A DNA stretch of 63,157 bases, the filler included, from Trichosphaerium sp. ATCC 40318 (Eukaryota > Protista > Tubulinea): the NCBI GenBank assembly GCA_038496445.1. It is 3 parts of 3 records of this genome, joined end to end, with 100 filler letters (N's around TTAATTAATTAA, not from the genome) between each part and the next. Parts side by side here need not be neighbours in the genome. Positions count along the whole stretch, not along the records: positions 1 to 20,743 come from JALMLS010000630.1; positions 20,844 to 47,702 come from JALMLS010000292.1; 1 more part is not named here. One strand, written 5' to 3'. Shown piece after piece: positions 14,020 to 26,850 of the stretch. A program made the position numbers and the translations under genes. The notes beneath the pieces are model-generated. The model was not told the DNA's origin, made no database searches, and saw nothing but the letters and a program-made list of their open reading frames with translations. The stretch's first letter is position 1, and each line of letters opens with the position of its first letter.

Positions 14020-14420
14020 AACCACTTATCCTGTGTTTTAGCGTGAATGTCATTGGGTACATGGTATTAAATGGGAGATGAGGCCCTTTACTTAACTCAA
14101 TAAGAGGTCCGCATCTAACGGAAACATCAGTTTAAACGCCAGCAAAACAAGCAAGCGACATCATTCTGTCGTTGCTAAGCCTCAAAACAAGCTTGTGCAC
14201 TCAGAGTTTGTTAACACGAACCTATATGCAACACAAGCTTCCCCGTCAGGTACTTTAAGGTTGACTATTTCTGTCTTATAAGGAGAGTACTGAAAAGAAA
14301 AAATGAGATTGTACAAAAATGTTGGTTTGTTGCTTTGGTACCTTGAACATCTCCAATGCTCTAGCCTTTGGTACCACCAAACGTTCAAACTTTTGATTCT
14401 CCTTAATGATTATTCGATTG
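14020..14420 (-). pseudogene. Intron-containing fragment of the threonyl-tRNA synthetase editing (N2) domain
   Basis: Removing introns 14290-14341 and 14115-14221 gives IIKENQKFERLVVPKARALEMFKYSPYKTEIVNLKVPDGEACVAYRCGPLIELSKGPH, matching eukaryotic ThrRS (KQPFERL..MFKYNKFK..VYRCGPLIDLCRGPH). No other ThrRS domains lie nearby. Confidence 0.8.
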
Positions 14421-15730
14421 AGTACAAATGTTAAAACCAGGTCTTTCGTCATGTTGATTTTAGCTTAGACTAATAACTCCCTGTGGAGTCGGTACTAAAA
14501 GTGAAACCTGTAGTTCAAACCTTCTTTTCATATTGCTGTGTGCACACGCAAACTCATACAACATGTTTTATCTATTGCATCTGTAAAGATGCCCGGATTT
14601 ATACTATCTCAATTATACTGAGATTCCGTAGGCATCTCATACTAAATAAAATAGTATGAAATCTCCCGACTAAATACTTGTAATAACTGTAATAATAATA
14701 AATATAATTTAATAACTAAACTCGTGTTACACCTTCTCTTCAATCACTGACTAAGTACGTCGTGATATTATACATATACTAATTAGGTAGTAAAAGTAAA
14801 TAACGGACGCTTTTACACATCTACTGGAGTTCACGCAAGTATTTGCCTTAATTTGCGCTAAGGCATGCTCACATTTTGACATCTAACACGTGCACTGCTG
14901 CTAAATGGAACTTAGAGGCATAAAATAACAATAATAACATTTGGTGTATCCATAGGAGGTAATATTAGGCGTAATTTCGCTTTTGGCGTCATTTATTTTT
15001 GTAACTTCTTCTAAGCACCTTTAGACCCAACTATCCGCTATTAAATAGGGTATTTCGGTGATACCGCCAAAATTACCCGCCAAGGAGCCTTAATTTTAAG
15101 TAGCACGCCGATTCTAGGTTACAAACCTTAATCAAGGCATGTTAATAAGTGTAGATGTCTTTTTCGGTTGTTTTTGATTACAGTGGTTGAAAAACAAATC
15201 AAATTTCTTTGAGCCAATTTTTTGCAATCTGGTTGAGTCAGCTGAAAGATTCACTACACAAGTGCTGTAAATGTTCCTAACGTTCACAGCACTTGTTGTG
15301 GGACGTATTTTAGTTGCCACAGCGAGTGGCTCACTCACTTTAAATAAGAAAAGTATGAGTAATTTAGTTGCAATACATTTAAGTAATTTTGTTTTGAAGT
15401 CTTCCTCCTTTCTGCTTCCTGGCGTATATAACACTTCTATTTTACAAATCTCAACTTATCACATTTATTTTCCCTCAGTATTCTGCGTTGAGACCTTCTT
15501 AGAGAGCTCAAAACCTGTTTGCAACCAAAAACTTTACAAAATTCCTGAGCTTTACAGGTTACCTTGCTTTATTGGGCTAATTTAAATCTCCCTTCATTAT
15601 GTCTCCGAATACTTGTGCAAACGCTCTGTAACCAATTTTAAGTATAAATCTTGTCTAAATCACGTGTGATCTTACGAAAACATTTTTAATTGAATTTTTT
15701 TTTAACGCTTTTCTTAACGTCAATTGTTAG

Positions 15731-18111
15731 ATGATGACTCGTTCGAAAACAAGGGCTGCAGCTAAAAAGTCTAGTTCCTTAGAACCAGAAGAACCAATTG
15801 AGAGTACGTACACAAAACCTGAATTCAACGTGAGTCTTTTAATTAAGCAAAAATTATACTGCGCACATGGCAAGCAACGGTTTCCAACTAACTTACAAAG
15901 TAGCTTTGACTCTTCAAAAGTTGAAAGAAAAGTCATACAAGCAACTGAAAGCTATAGCGAATGATATACAGCTCAATGTGAGCGCCGTTTCAAAGGACAC
16001 CTTGGCCGAGAAGATTTTCTACTCTACACGTACGCTTTTCACCTTTACCAGGTTTATCACATCAAACTTGTTTTTTATCTTATCAATCTAATTTTTTTTG
16101 TAGATAAAAGAACAGAGAAACAGCGCTCTATGGAGGGCCCAGCAGCTTTCAGCAAAGATGCACGGCGTAGAGCTGAGAATCAATTGTTGTCACAGGATTT
16201 GGTACGGGCTATGATTGCGGAGTCTGCTCGCGAGGCTAGGTCTGAATTCGATTCGAAAATACTGCAAATGAACATAGAACTTGAAGACCTACACACGAAA
16301 CGTAAGGCCGATAAAGAGCTAATGGGCCGACTCGCCAAAAGGTGTAAGGCCACTGAGCAAACAGTGCTACATATAAATTTGTCACAGCGATCTCAGACGT
16401 TGTCAACGTACATAGAACAAGGTACCTACCTGCTAACACTCCTAACAAATGCCACTAACAAATATCTTTTAGTTGAGCTTACAATCGGCAAGCGTTTCCT
16501 CGCTGTCGCTCTAACCCTTAAAGACGAGTTTGTTAGTACTGTCGTTAAAGTTCCTAAGGGCTTTTTACGAAAGAATGGGAAGTTACAAAAAAGCTGGGAG
16601 AAGGAGAAGGATTTCAATGAAGATCTTTGTTGTTGGTTTGCCAAACAGGAAAATGCTTTGCCATTTTTGAAAATTTATGACACGCACCTAAAGCCGTGTA
16701 CTACGACAGGCACAAAAGACGTGTCAACCTCAAAACCTGACTTGTCTGTGCTACCTAAAGACACGTTTATTTTTGGAGTGTTACGGATAAGAACATATCA
16801 CATGGCTTTAGTTTTGGAGCTAAAAGCTGGCAGTACGACAACTTTTTTTTCTGGTTTTTTTCCGTTCCTTTAACTTACTCATTTTCTTCAGATTCGTTCA
16901 GTACTACATCTGTAGGGCAAGCGGTAAAGTATGGGTTAACCATACTGCGTTCCCAAAAGCTTCGAACATTGTGTATGTAGTACTTATGAACTACTCAAAA
17001 GTGATGATTATGAAAATTGTCATGGAACAAGATGATGTTGTTCCACGGTATTACAAAGATATTATCCCATACAACAAAGGTGGCTTGAAACGCCTATTTC
17101 AAGTTCTTCACCAATCGCCGGAAACCCTCGGCTATGTCACAAAGTTCTTCTACTACAAGAACTGAAGATATTCTCCTGAAAGATGTTGTGGCATCGGTTC
17201 GTTTGCTACAGTCTATGGTGTACCTGTTTCAGATGGTGAGGAAGGTATCCAAATAGTAGCAATAAAGGAGTTCAAAGACCTTCCTAATGTAAAGAATATG
17301 ATAAAGAAGGAAGCAAGATATATGAACATCCTCGAGACACTTGACACTGTCCCAAAAGTGGTATGTTTTTTTTTCTTCGAAGTCTTTCCGTTCTAATTGT
17401 TTGTTAGCTCCAATGTACGAACAAAACCATTGTAATGCAACCTGTTGGTACAAAGATTTACAACTTGGCAAGTATTCCAAACATCCAGGATTGGATTCGT
17501 CAAGTTGTAGAAACACTTCGATTAGCACACAAGCGAGGGTTTATTCATCGGTGAGTTCAGTTTCGTTTTTCTTATTTGACATTTTCTTACATAATTTTAG
17601 GGATATCTCAACATCTAACATCCTGTTGTTCAAAGAAAAAGCTCTTGTCATCGATTGGGGAGCCGCTGTAGATATAGATACGGATGTGCTAACTGGAGGT
17701 GGATTTAAATACTGCAATCTGCTCATTTTGGAGAATTATGATCCAACAGCGATGATCTCTTATAGCGCTACCCATGACTTGTTCTCCTTTGTTCGTGTAC
17801 TAATATACATGAAACTTATCCCGCAATGGCAAAGGAAAATAGATATAGCCTACACAGAATGGGTAGACGCCTTAAAGAGATACAGTTACGGTGCAGAAAA
17901 AGAAGTTGTAAAACGCAAGGCTTTTATAAACTGTTGGCAAAATAACACAAGTGCTCATACTTGGGATCCTAGCTTTGCTAAAGCATATGACGGAGACTAT
18001 GATGGATTAATAGAGCAACTGTGTTTAGTTTTCGGAGGAGTTATTAAGCGCTGTGTTCATTGTAACTCTCAAGGATTTTGTAAACATAGAAGAGATAAAT
18101 TTACAAAATAA
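15731..18111 (+). pseudogene. Crinkler(CRN)-type PD-(D/E)xK REase + fungal-type (FunK1-like) kinase, disrupted
   Basis: REase KPDLSV..LVLELK..GQAVKY; kinase GIGSFATVY, VAIK, HRDISTSNIL, IDWG. Frameshift near 16969 and in-frame TGA at 17163-17165. Confidence 0.75.
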
Positions 18112-18124
18112 ATTCAGAACTGCT

Positions 18125-19054
18125 CAGGGCTGAAACTAAACAAGGCTTTGCCTTAAATATGAAGGCATTTTTTTAAAATCAGGCATTGATGGCAAAAATC
18201 AGGCATGCAAAAATGGCAATGCCTGATTTTGCAAAGGCAATGGCAGAAAAGGCAAAAATCAGGCATTGAAATAAGGCTTTGTTGGGCAATGCCTTAATTG
18301 TTGCAATGCCTTGTTTTTTTTAGGCAATGCCTGCCCTAGTTTTTTTATGCATTGCCAGCCTTAAATTTATAGGCACCAATTAGGCATTGGTTGTGTACAC
18401 ATTGTACATTAAGGATACATTGGTTTAAGGTAAGTCTCCACCACACAAACACTTCCTAAACATTTTTTTTTCATTTACTACTGACGTTTTATATAGACGC
18501 CGTCACCACGCGCTTAGTATTTTATGGATTCTAACGAAACCACCGCCATTCGAACCGCAGCACCCAAATCCACCTACAACAGGAGTATAGGTACTTTAAA
18601 CCATTTTTCCAGTCCGCGAAAATTATACCAATAATTTGTTAATTTTTTTTTTTAACTAAAGGTTTTTTTTCACATGGAGGACATTGAAGTTTTTTGTGTT
18701 TTGTGTACTGTACTTTAATAAATGAATCACTATTGTATGCCTATATAAAGCCTTGTTTTATGAGTATATGGTGCCTGGGTTATGCCCAAAAATTGAGGGC
18801 AAAAATGCCTTATTGTTGCACAAAAAATGAGGCATTATTGGACCAACAATGCAGGCTATTTTAAGGCTAATTAGTGAACCAGTTGCTTGCTATTTGGCCC
18901 AAATATGAGGCTCCAAAGCCCAAAATTACAAGGCAATGCCTCATATTTGCCCATTTTTTTTGGCAAAAACAAGGCAATTTGGTGAAAAATAAGGCTGTAT
19001 TTGGTGGCAAAAAAATGGCTTTTGCAAAAAAAGCCTTATTTAGTTTCAGCCCTG
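18125..19054 (+). mobile_element. 930-bp MITE, hAT-like, copy 1
   Basis: Perfect 16-bp TIR CAGGGCTGAAACTAAA (about 25 bp with one mismatch); many AGGCATT/AATGCCT subterminal repeats; no coding capacity. Confidence 0.9.
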
Positions 19055-19485
19055 CTTTGCCTTTGTGTTGCACTAACACCTTGATTTCAAACTCATTGTA
19101 CAAAACATGTAGTTAGTTACGTATAAGTGCTAGACAACTACGATACAGCTAAGGTTGTAACGAAAGTGTTCTTTCGAAGTTCACTGAATTTGTACAAATC
19201 AACTTTCAAGCTTCTTGGTGTTTTTTTTTTCAATCTTGCCTCTTTTTGAATTTCTTTACGCCTTTTCAGCTATGAGAGTGTGGAATAAAGTTATTTTCAC
19301 GTGGTAGGGTAAACTAATTCTCCTATTGATCATGTACTCTACATAGTAAGTTGCAACGTGTTACAACCACCATAGATATACACAAATTGGACAACCACAT
19401 GTTTTGTTTTACTGTTAAGGCAAACGTAACGAATCTTAATTCATTCGATCGAAAACGAACGAAATAACAAGCCTACTATCTTACC

Positions 19486-19630
19486 ATGCAAAAAGTGAGT
19501 AAATACACGTATTTAGACAGCTCTTATTAACACGTGCAGATTTTGCTTGCGATGATTGCTTTCATTCTTTGTAGTGTAGCTCTTGGAGGTATCTACAAGG
19601 CTACTGGTGGCGTAAGGCAATTCGAAAAAG
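19486..19630 (+). pseudogene. 5' fragment of a secreted-protein gene truncated at the MITE
   Basis: ATG CAA AAA, GT-AG intron, then ILLAMIAFILCSVALGGIYKATGG (signal-peptide-like), ending at the TIR. Confidence 0.5.
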
Positions 19631-20561
19631 CAGGGCTGAAACTAAATAAGGCTTTTTTTGCAAAAGCCATTTTTTTGCCACCAAATACAGCCTTATTTTT
19701 CACCAAATTGCCTTGTTTTTGCCAAAAAAAATGGGCAAATATGAGGCATTGCCTTGTAATTTTGGGCTTTGGAGCCTCATATTTGGGCCAAATAGCAAGC
19801 AACTGGTTCACTAATTAGCCTTAAAATAGCCTGCATTGTTGGTCCAATAATGCCTCATTTTTTGTGCAACAATAAGGCATTTTTGCCCTCAATTTTTGGG
19901 CATAACCCAGGCACCATATACTCATAAAACAAGGCTTTATATAGGCATACAATAGTGATTCATTTATTAAAGTACAGTACACAAAACACAAAAAACTTCA
20001 ATGTCCTCCATGTGAAAAAAAAACCTTTAGTTAAAAAAAAAAATTAACAAATTATTGGTATAATTTTCGCGGACTGGAAAAATGGTTTAAAGTACCTATA
20101 CTCCTGTTGTAGGTGGATTTGGGTGCTGCGGTTCGAATGGCGGTGGTTTCGTTAGAATCCATAAAATACTAAGCGCGTGGTGACGGCGTCTATATAAAAC
20201 GTCAGTAGTAAATGAAAAAAAAATGTTTAGGAAGTGTTTGTGTGGTGGAGACTTACCTTAAACCAATGTATCCTTAATGTACAATGTGTACACAACCAAT
20301 GCCTAATTGGTGCCTATAAATTTAAGGCTGGCAATGCATAAAAAAACTAGGGCAGGCATTGCCTAAAAAAAACAAGGCATTGCAACAATTAAGGCATTGC
20401 CCAACAAAGCCTTATTTCAATGCCTGATTTTTGCCTTTTCTGCCATTGCCTTTGCAAAATCAGGCATTGCCATTTTTGCATGCCTGATTTTTGCCATCAA
20501 TGCCTGATTTTAAAAAAATGCCTTCATATTTAAGGCAAAGCCTTGTTTAGTTTCAGCCCTG
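19631..20561 (-). mobile_element. Same MITE, copy 2, inverted
   Basis: Near-identical reverse complement of 18125-19054 with the same TIRs. Confidence 0.9.
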
Positions 20562-20743
20562 AAGGTAATCCATGTGCACAGGACTACGCATGGTTTATAG
20601 AGCAAGCCAATAAGAAAGGTTAGACCCTTTGTAACTAATATCAAAACGGTATTAAAGAGGGTCAATATAAAGAGTGGCATAAAAATGGTCAATTGAGATA
20701 TGACTATTATTGCCTCAATGGTGATATTAATGGACCATACAAA
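20562..20743 (+). pseudogene. MORN-variant repeat gene fragment between MITE and contig end
   Basis: YQNGIKEGQYKEWHKNGQLRYDYYCLNGDINGPYK. Confidence 0.7.
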
Positions 20744-20843
20744 NNNNNNNNNNNNNNNNNNNNNNNNNNNNNNNNNNNNNNNNNNNNTTAATTAATTAAN
20801 NNNNNNNNNNNNNNNNNNNNNNNNNNNNNNNNNNNNNNNNNNN
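20744..20843. other. Artificial contig linker
   Basis: N44-TTAATTAATTAA-N44 (six-frame stop spacer). Confidence 0.95.
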
Positions 20844-20896
20844 CATGCCTAATTAAAAATAACAGTTAGCTTCATTCAAAGAAGCATGTTGTGAGT

Positions 20897-22168
20897 TTAG
20901 AAAGTGAATAAATTATCATCAAACGCACCAGAGAATATACGCTCAATAATACCAAGATTCTTTGGTACATTATAATCAACCCATTGGTCAATAGCGATTC
21001 TGGAGCATGTTTCATTCTCAGATTCATCCAAATCCTCTTCCATTGTAGACATGACACGAGCAATTCTAAGCCCTCAATTAACTCTAAATGTCTACCAATA
21101 ATGGCACAAAAAAATAGATGGTAGGAGTAGCCTAAAGGCTACAGACACAATCGAAAAAACCATAAAATAAGACATATCAAAGAAAATACCTGCTGGCAGA
21201 AATAACAAAGTTTAGATTGTTAACGTGTCTATCCTCCTGGTTTGTAATAAATCCAGATATCATACCAATAGCTTCACCCTTTATAATAAAATGTTAGGGG
21301 AACATACAACAAAGTCGAAACGGGTTTTGTAGAGATGTCACAGTCGTTATTTTTTTTTTGTTTTTTGGGGTTTTTGAGTCAACCGACGCGAAACCTCGTT
21401 ACTTCGTACCTTGTAATTAAATACAGGTGCACCAGAAGAGCCATAGGATACTGAAGCATCAATTGTGTAACAAAAATCTGGCACTTGCTTGAAACGCCAT
21501 CCTGATATTATTCCTGCGAGCCTAGTTAGTACGGGACAAACGATAACGCAGGAAATAATTGTACCTCTTGAAATTACACCCATGAACCCGTGTGGGCTCG
21601 CTATCGAGAAAATATCTTCACCGAGGCTGAAATTATCGTTCAGTACAACAAACTGTTGGTTTGGGTTCTCTGATGGTGAAACCTATTGTATGAACGGTCA
21701 GTAATTATTTTTGTGACACCTCCAACAGCGTTATATATGCTAGTAGACGCAAACGGCGTTGTAAAATAGAAAGAACGTAGATTTTCTTTTAGTTTAATTT
21801 GATTTACGCACCTTCAAAATTAATAAATCGCTTATGCGATCGTCTGCTACTACAGAATCTGCTATGTAAACCTTTCGTTGTTTTTCATCATCGTCGTTTG
21901 TTTCCATTGTTACATAGTGCGCATCAGGTTTCTCCAATGTATGTCTAGTAGTAGCGACAAGGCCAGGGCGAACAAAAAACCCGCTTCCGCTTGAGATAAG
22001 TTTCTCATTCACGCTCCAAACGAATACTGTTACTACTGATGGCTTTACCATGGGTGCCACATCTTCAAGGTTGTATTTATCATTAGGTCCAGGGCCACTG
22101 TTTGCTAACGACCCCAAAAATATGCCTAGAAGGAATACCAACACTAGGTTCAGCCACTGGGTTGACAT
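20897..22168 (-). CDS. Trypsin-like (HtrA/DegP-type, PDZ-less) serine protease with N-terminal signal/anchor
   Basis: PSVVTV, SGSGFFV, TTRH (His), SDLLILK (Asp), IDASVSYGSSGAPVFNYKGEAIGM (Ser), NLNFVIS; three introns. Confidence 0.85.
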
Positions 22169-22377
22169 GCTTCTAGCGTTGTGAAAAACAAGTTTGCGAA
22201 ATTTAACTTATTTTTGTTTTGAACAAAACAGCAAAGTAGGCCTGTTTTCCGATACAAAAAAGCACGTGGCGTATAGTACAGCACGAATAAGCTAACCCAA
22301 AAGCAATAACGGCGACAGCATCGCAGTCTAAAAGAGTCAAAACAATACAAAGGCACACGGTATTAAAAAGCAACAAC

Positions 22378-24625
22378 ATGCGACAAGTGATCGCCTTGGT
22401 AGCGTTTTGCTTACTTTTGGAGTTTGTAACTCCAGCGACTTTGCCGTTGTATGTTGGGACTAACTCAGGTCCTCTAGAAGGCTTCAGAGGTACGAAATCG
22501 CAGCTTAAACCAAATTGTACCAAACAGAAAAGTATTTCGAATTTCAACTCAAACAGATTTCAATACCGCCCATACTGTATAATTTGGCGTCAAACCTTCA
22601 AAACTCTCTTATCGAAATTATTTAGGACAAACTAGCGAAGGCAAAGCATTCAGGGGTTTTTATGGTACTACGCATACACACAACCACTCTGACGACCTAT
22701 AGGAATACCATTTGCAAAGGCACCTGTTGGGAATCTTCGTTTTCGCTCTCCTGAGCGTCATGATGGCTGGGTATTCACTAGACCAGCTAAAACGTATGTA
22801 CATAGCATTTCCTACATCATAGTATAACTCGTTGTTACAGTTTTCAGAATTGGTGTGTACAAGTGCTACCTTCCTTCCAACGCAAACACAACATGACCCT
22901 GAGTGAAGATTGCCTATACTTGAACATTTTCACTCCAGTAGACGCTGAAGAAGGCCAGAAATTTGATGTTTTTGTATACAGTAAGAATTCTTAGCTATTT
23001 TGTCTGTATTTGCCTAATCAGCATGCTTACCTTTTTAGTACATGGTGGCGCTTACGTCGGTGGTGGGTCATCTCAATTTCCCGCAGATGAACTAACAGTT
23101 CGCGAGAACGCTATATACGTAACAATACAGTACGTTTGACAACACGTGATATTTCTCCGTTTAAATTAAAATTACGAAATCGTATCAAAAATTACAGAGC
23201 TGACTTCCTTTTGATAGGTATCGCCTAAACGTGTTTGGATTCTTTGCCAACGATTATACTAATAGTATCGGAGCTTCAAATGCTGGTCTCCAGGATCAAA
23301 TTCTTGCCCTACGTTGGGTAGAAGAGAATATCCACTACTTTAATGGAGACCCAGATAGCACAATTATTTTTGGAGAGTCAGCTGGTGGATCAAGTGTCAT
23401 GCTTCATATGTTGTTCCAGCAAACAAAATTTAATGGGTATAAGGAACCAACACTATTTTTCAATACTAACGCATCAAAGTGTAATCGCAGAGAGTCCTGG
23501 ACCGTGGTATTTGGTACCATATGATGTTATGATGGACCAAGCTGATGCACTTTCTACTCTTCACTTATGTTTTGGCTCCCCACAGAACCAATTCGAGTAC
23601 GTTTATACCAACGTGTTTGATTAGTACTAATGGTATCAGGTGCCTACAAAAGGTTGATCCTATGTCCCTTCAAGATGATGTGGTACGACAAACTTTGTTA
23701 AAAGAGTGTTGACAAGATTTATAGGGATTATGGGCACCAACTGTTGGAACTTGGTTGCTTCCTGAGCAACCTCTCAAAACTTTTATGAAGGGCGATTATT
23801 CTAGAGTACCTCTTATAATAGGAACAAACAAGGACGAAGGAAATATATTCCTTTACGAAATTGCTTTTAAAATCACACCAAAACAAGGTGCGTAAGCAAA
23901 TGTCAATTGTTCTTCTAGCTCTAACTCTTTTTGTAACTTCTTCCACTAGGAATGAATTATATTGAATACAACAGTCTGATTGACTCTACTTTCGGCACAA
24001 TATACGGTGTTGCTGATAAGGTTAAGCAGTGGTAAGTTGCACAAGGATTTTTGTTGTTTGTTTATACTTTATTAATCACGTGTCATTTTTAGGTATAAAC
24101 CTTTGATGACTGGCACGACCAATACTGATTACTGGATAAATTTTGCTGATATCTTTGGTGACTACGCTATTGCATGTGGCGCTCACTTGGTTGCAAACGT
24201 AATTGCTGAAAACCAGTTAAGCCCTGTATATCGCTATCACTTTACTCGTACACCACCTTCTCCAATAGCTTTCCTAAACGCAACACATGCCAGCGAGTGT
24301 ACGCAATTTTTTTTCTTCTTAGTTCTTTGCATGTGTGACTCACTTGTTGATAGTACCATATGTGTTTCACAGGACAAGTGTTGATAGAGTCACAACTGTT
24401 ACATTTGCTGAAGCGGATGAGAAACTATCTACTACAATGAATAGTTTATGGCGTTCTTTGAGTACTGGAGTACCTAAAACTGATGGAGTTGTTTGGGAAC
24501 AATATTCAGCTGCTGAGCGTAATGTCCTTCAACTAGACTCGAAAGTCACTATGCAAACACTAGACGCATTACGGTTTGATGTTTGTGAAAACTGGACGCC
24601 TCTATTCAGAGACTCTCACTTGTAG
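22378..24625 (+). CDS. Secreted type-B carboxylesterase/lipase
   Basis: Signal peptide; GIPFAKAPVGNLRF, SEDCLYLNIFTP, HGGAY, FGESAGG, GTNKDEG, HASELPYVF after splicing. Confidence 0.92.
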
Positions 24626-24746
24626 AAAAGAACAAAAGCAGTTTATCAATATAATAAAATACTTAACCGAATGTTTAGTTTAAGTTGTTGCGCAGAAAGA
24701 TTTTTTGTTTTGTGATGCTGTAAGACCCTATTAGCACAATTGTATA

Positions 24747-26614
24747 ATGGAAAAAGAACCTATTATAGCGCCACAAGCCAATAGGCGCGTTATTTGGGAC
24801 TCTCCACCAAAAAGTATCATTGCAAGCGCATTAAGGACTCAACCTAAGCCCCAGCTGTTCGCACCATCTGTACCGGTTACTCAAGACATATTTCAAACGA
24901 CTAGAGAGCCATTTTTTTCAATTAGACATCAACAGCAAAGAAAATTAATACCTATACACGAAGAAAAGCTGTACGTTGTAAACGAATATTTAAAACATGG
25001 CGCGGTTTGTACAATTTCTGACAGCCTTAACGTAGCTCTAAACCGAGTACTTGTATCTCTTCGAGCCCATTTTTGACGTCTCCAGCAGTATTGGCTTATG
25101 GTAAGAAAAATCAAATTGTAAGCAATCAATGACAACGGTAGGTACATCATCGAGCGTAGTCGTACTTAAAACCGACATGGAAAATGCTAGAGCTTTGGAA
25201 GAACGGTAAGTTTCGCTATTCGCGTAATACGCGGAATATTCTATTCACTGATGACTTCCTTACACTTCTATAGCGGTCTTGAACCTTGTACTACTTTGAC
25301 ACCCGTCACAGAGCTTCAATTGAGCTCAAGAGCAGCGCATATATGTTGGTCTCCTGCGTCAGCTTCTCCTACAATTGAAAATCCAACACAACAAACAAAA
25401 GTCTGGTACAAACTTAAGATTTTTTTGAAACCTCATTTTCAGCTTAAACGGCGTTTACTGCCCTTCCTCTCTTGTTGATATTTTTTATCAAGTTTATTCA
25501 TGCGGTTTTTTAGTATGGCTGTATCTACTGGAGCGCGTACAATACGATATTTTACGCATACTGAAAAAGCTACAACTGATGTTGAGTTGGGTTCACATGA
25601 TAGTTATATTAATGCTACTGCGTTTTCTCCTGATGGTAGCTTGCTTTTAAGTGTTGGAGGTACGTGTTATCAATGAACTTACAGAAAACCATTATGGTCG
25701 AAAGAGACCTCAAGAGAATGTTACAACTGTCACTTACTTGTCAGTTAATTTTTTTAATATTAAGATGACAAACGTGTTATTCTTTGGGATGTTGCATCGC
25801 AATCAGAAATAGCTATTTATGGTACAAAGTCTCCAGGAATGTCTTGCGATTTTAATTATCAACTACCGAACTTGGTACGGATAGGCAGACTAAACTACAA
25901 AAAAAAAGAAACTTGTCTTAGTTTTTTTAATTGCAACTTTGTACTTGGCTTAACATCCTTAGTTTATGTGTGCTGAACTATCTGGTACTATAACCGTACG
26001 AGATGTTCGTGAAAGAAATCCAGTTGCTATGTTACGAGCGAGTAGGACACCTCTAATAGTACGTCTCGCCAAGAGTTTTCTTTGTTTTATTTTTACATCA
26101 AAATTCTAACATATTTTTCTTTCTTTGTAGGAAGCACACTGGAATAAAAGGTACGACAAGGTGTAGAATAAATTAGTTTCTTAATATGTATGTAGAGAGG
26201 CTTCACTCATGGGAGCAGTATCTGGTACACATTGGTATATTTGGAGGCTTAGAGGAGGGAAACAAGAGCAAATTAATGGGATTGTACACGGTGTTGATGG
26301 TGTAGCCGCAAAATCCTTCCAGTGCGTCTCGATGTGATAGCATGTTACTTAAGATATGTTAGATGGTCTAATTTTGGGGATTCCTTTGCTGTTGCTTGCG
26401 ATAAAGAGTCTTCAGTTTGGGATTATGCTACTGGTGGTTGTGAAAGAATGAATCACAATAGAGGTTTGACAGGTTAGTTTTATCTTTTCGTCTTTCTCTT
26501 TCTTAATGTATTCTTTCCTCAGGTCTCACATGGCTCGCTCATAATGATGTTTTGGTTACAGCAACACCACATGAAGCGAAATTTTGGAAGGTTACTAAGC
26601 GTAATAGACTTTAA
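24747..26614 (+). CDS. NUP37: WD40 nucleoporin Nup37-like
   Basis: SHDSYIN..SVGDDKRVILWD..SPGMSCDF..FMCAELSGTI..PLIEAHW..GAVSGTHWYIW parallels the Nup37 core (GHTDFIN..SDDHTCRIW..SPGMSVCW..LMVAEKNGTI..PLMSAHW..GAVAGNDWLIW). Confidence 0.75.
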
Positions 26615-26850
26615 ACGCCATTGTTTGTAAAAAAAAAAAAAGAAAAGAAAACCTCAATGTTTCTCCACTTCAGTTATTCACGTGATTCTCACGTTCTACA
26701 AAAAAATGATACGTTGACATTTACATCTTGATAGTTTTCAACAGGCAACAAGTTGCGGACAGAAAGCATTGAGACACTTTTTCCTTGTTCTGTGAAACAG
26801 AATTGTGTGCGAAAAACGCCATTTGACCGCCTTACGCCATCACCGCAACA

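Noticed and set aside
15132-15585. Overlapping ORFs of about 100 aa
   Set aside because: No recognisable motif or consistent splice model.
17163-17165. In-frame TGA as stop-codon reassignment or selenocysteine
   Set aside because: The same gene also has a frameshift, and intact genes end in TAA, TAG and TGA and use TGG for Trp.
18867-19818. ORFs inside the MITE copies
   Set aside because: Low-complexity products of subterminal repeats; no transposase motifs.
20125-20145. GGTTCGAAT as a tRNA/SINE B-box
   Set aside because: No closing CC, A-box or cloverleaf.
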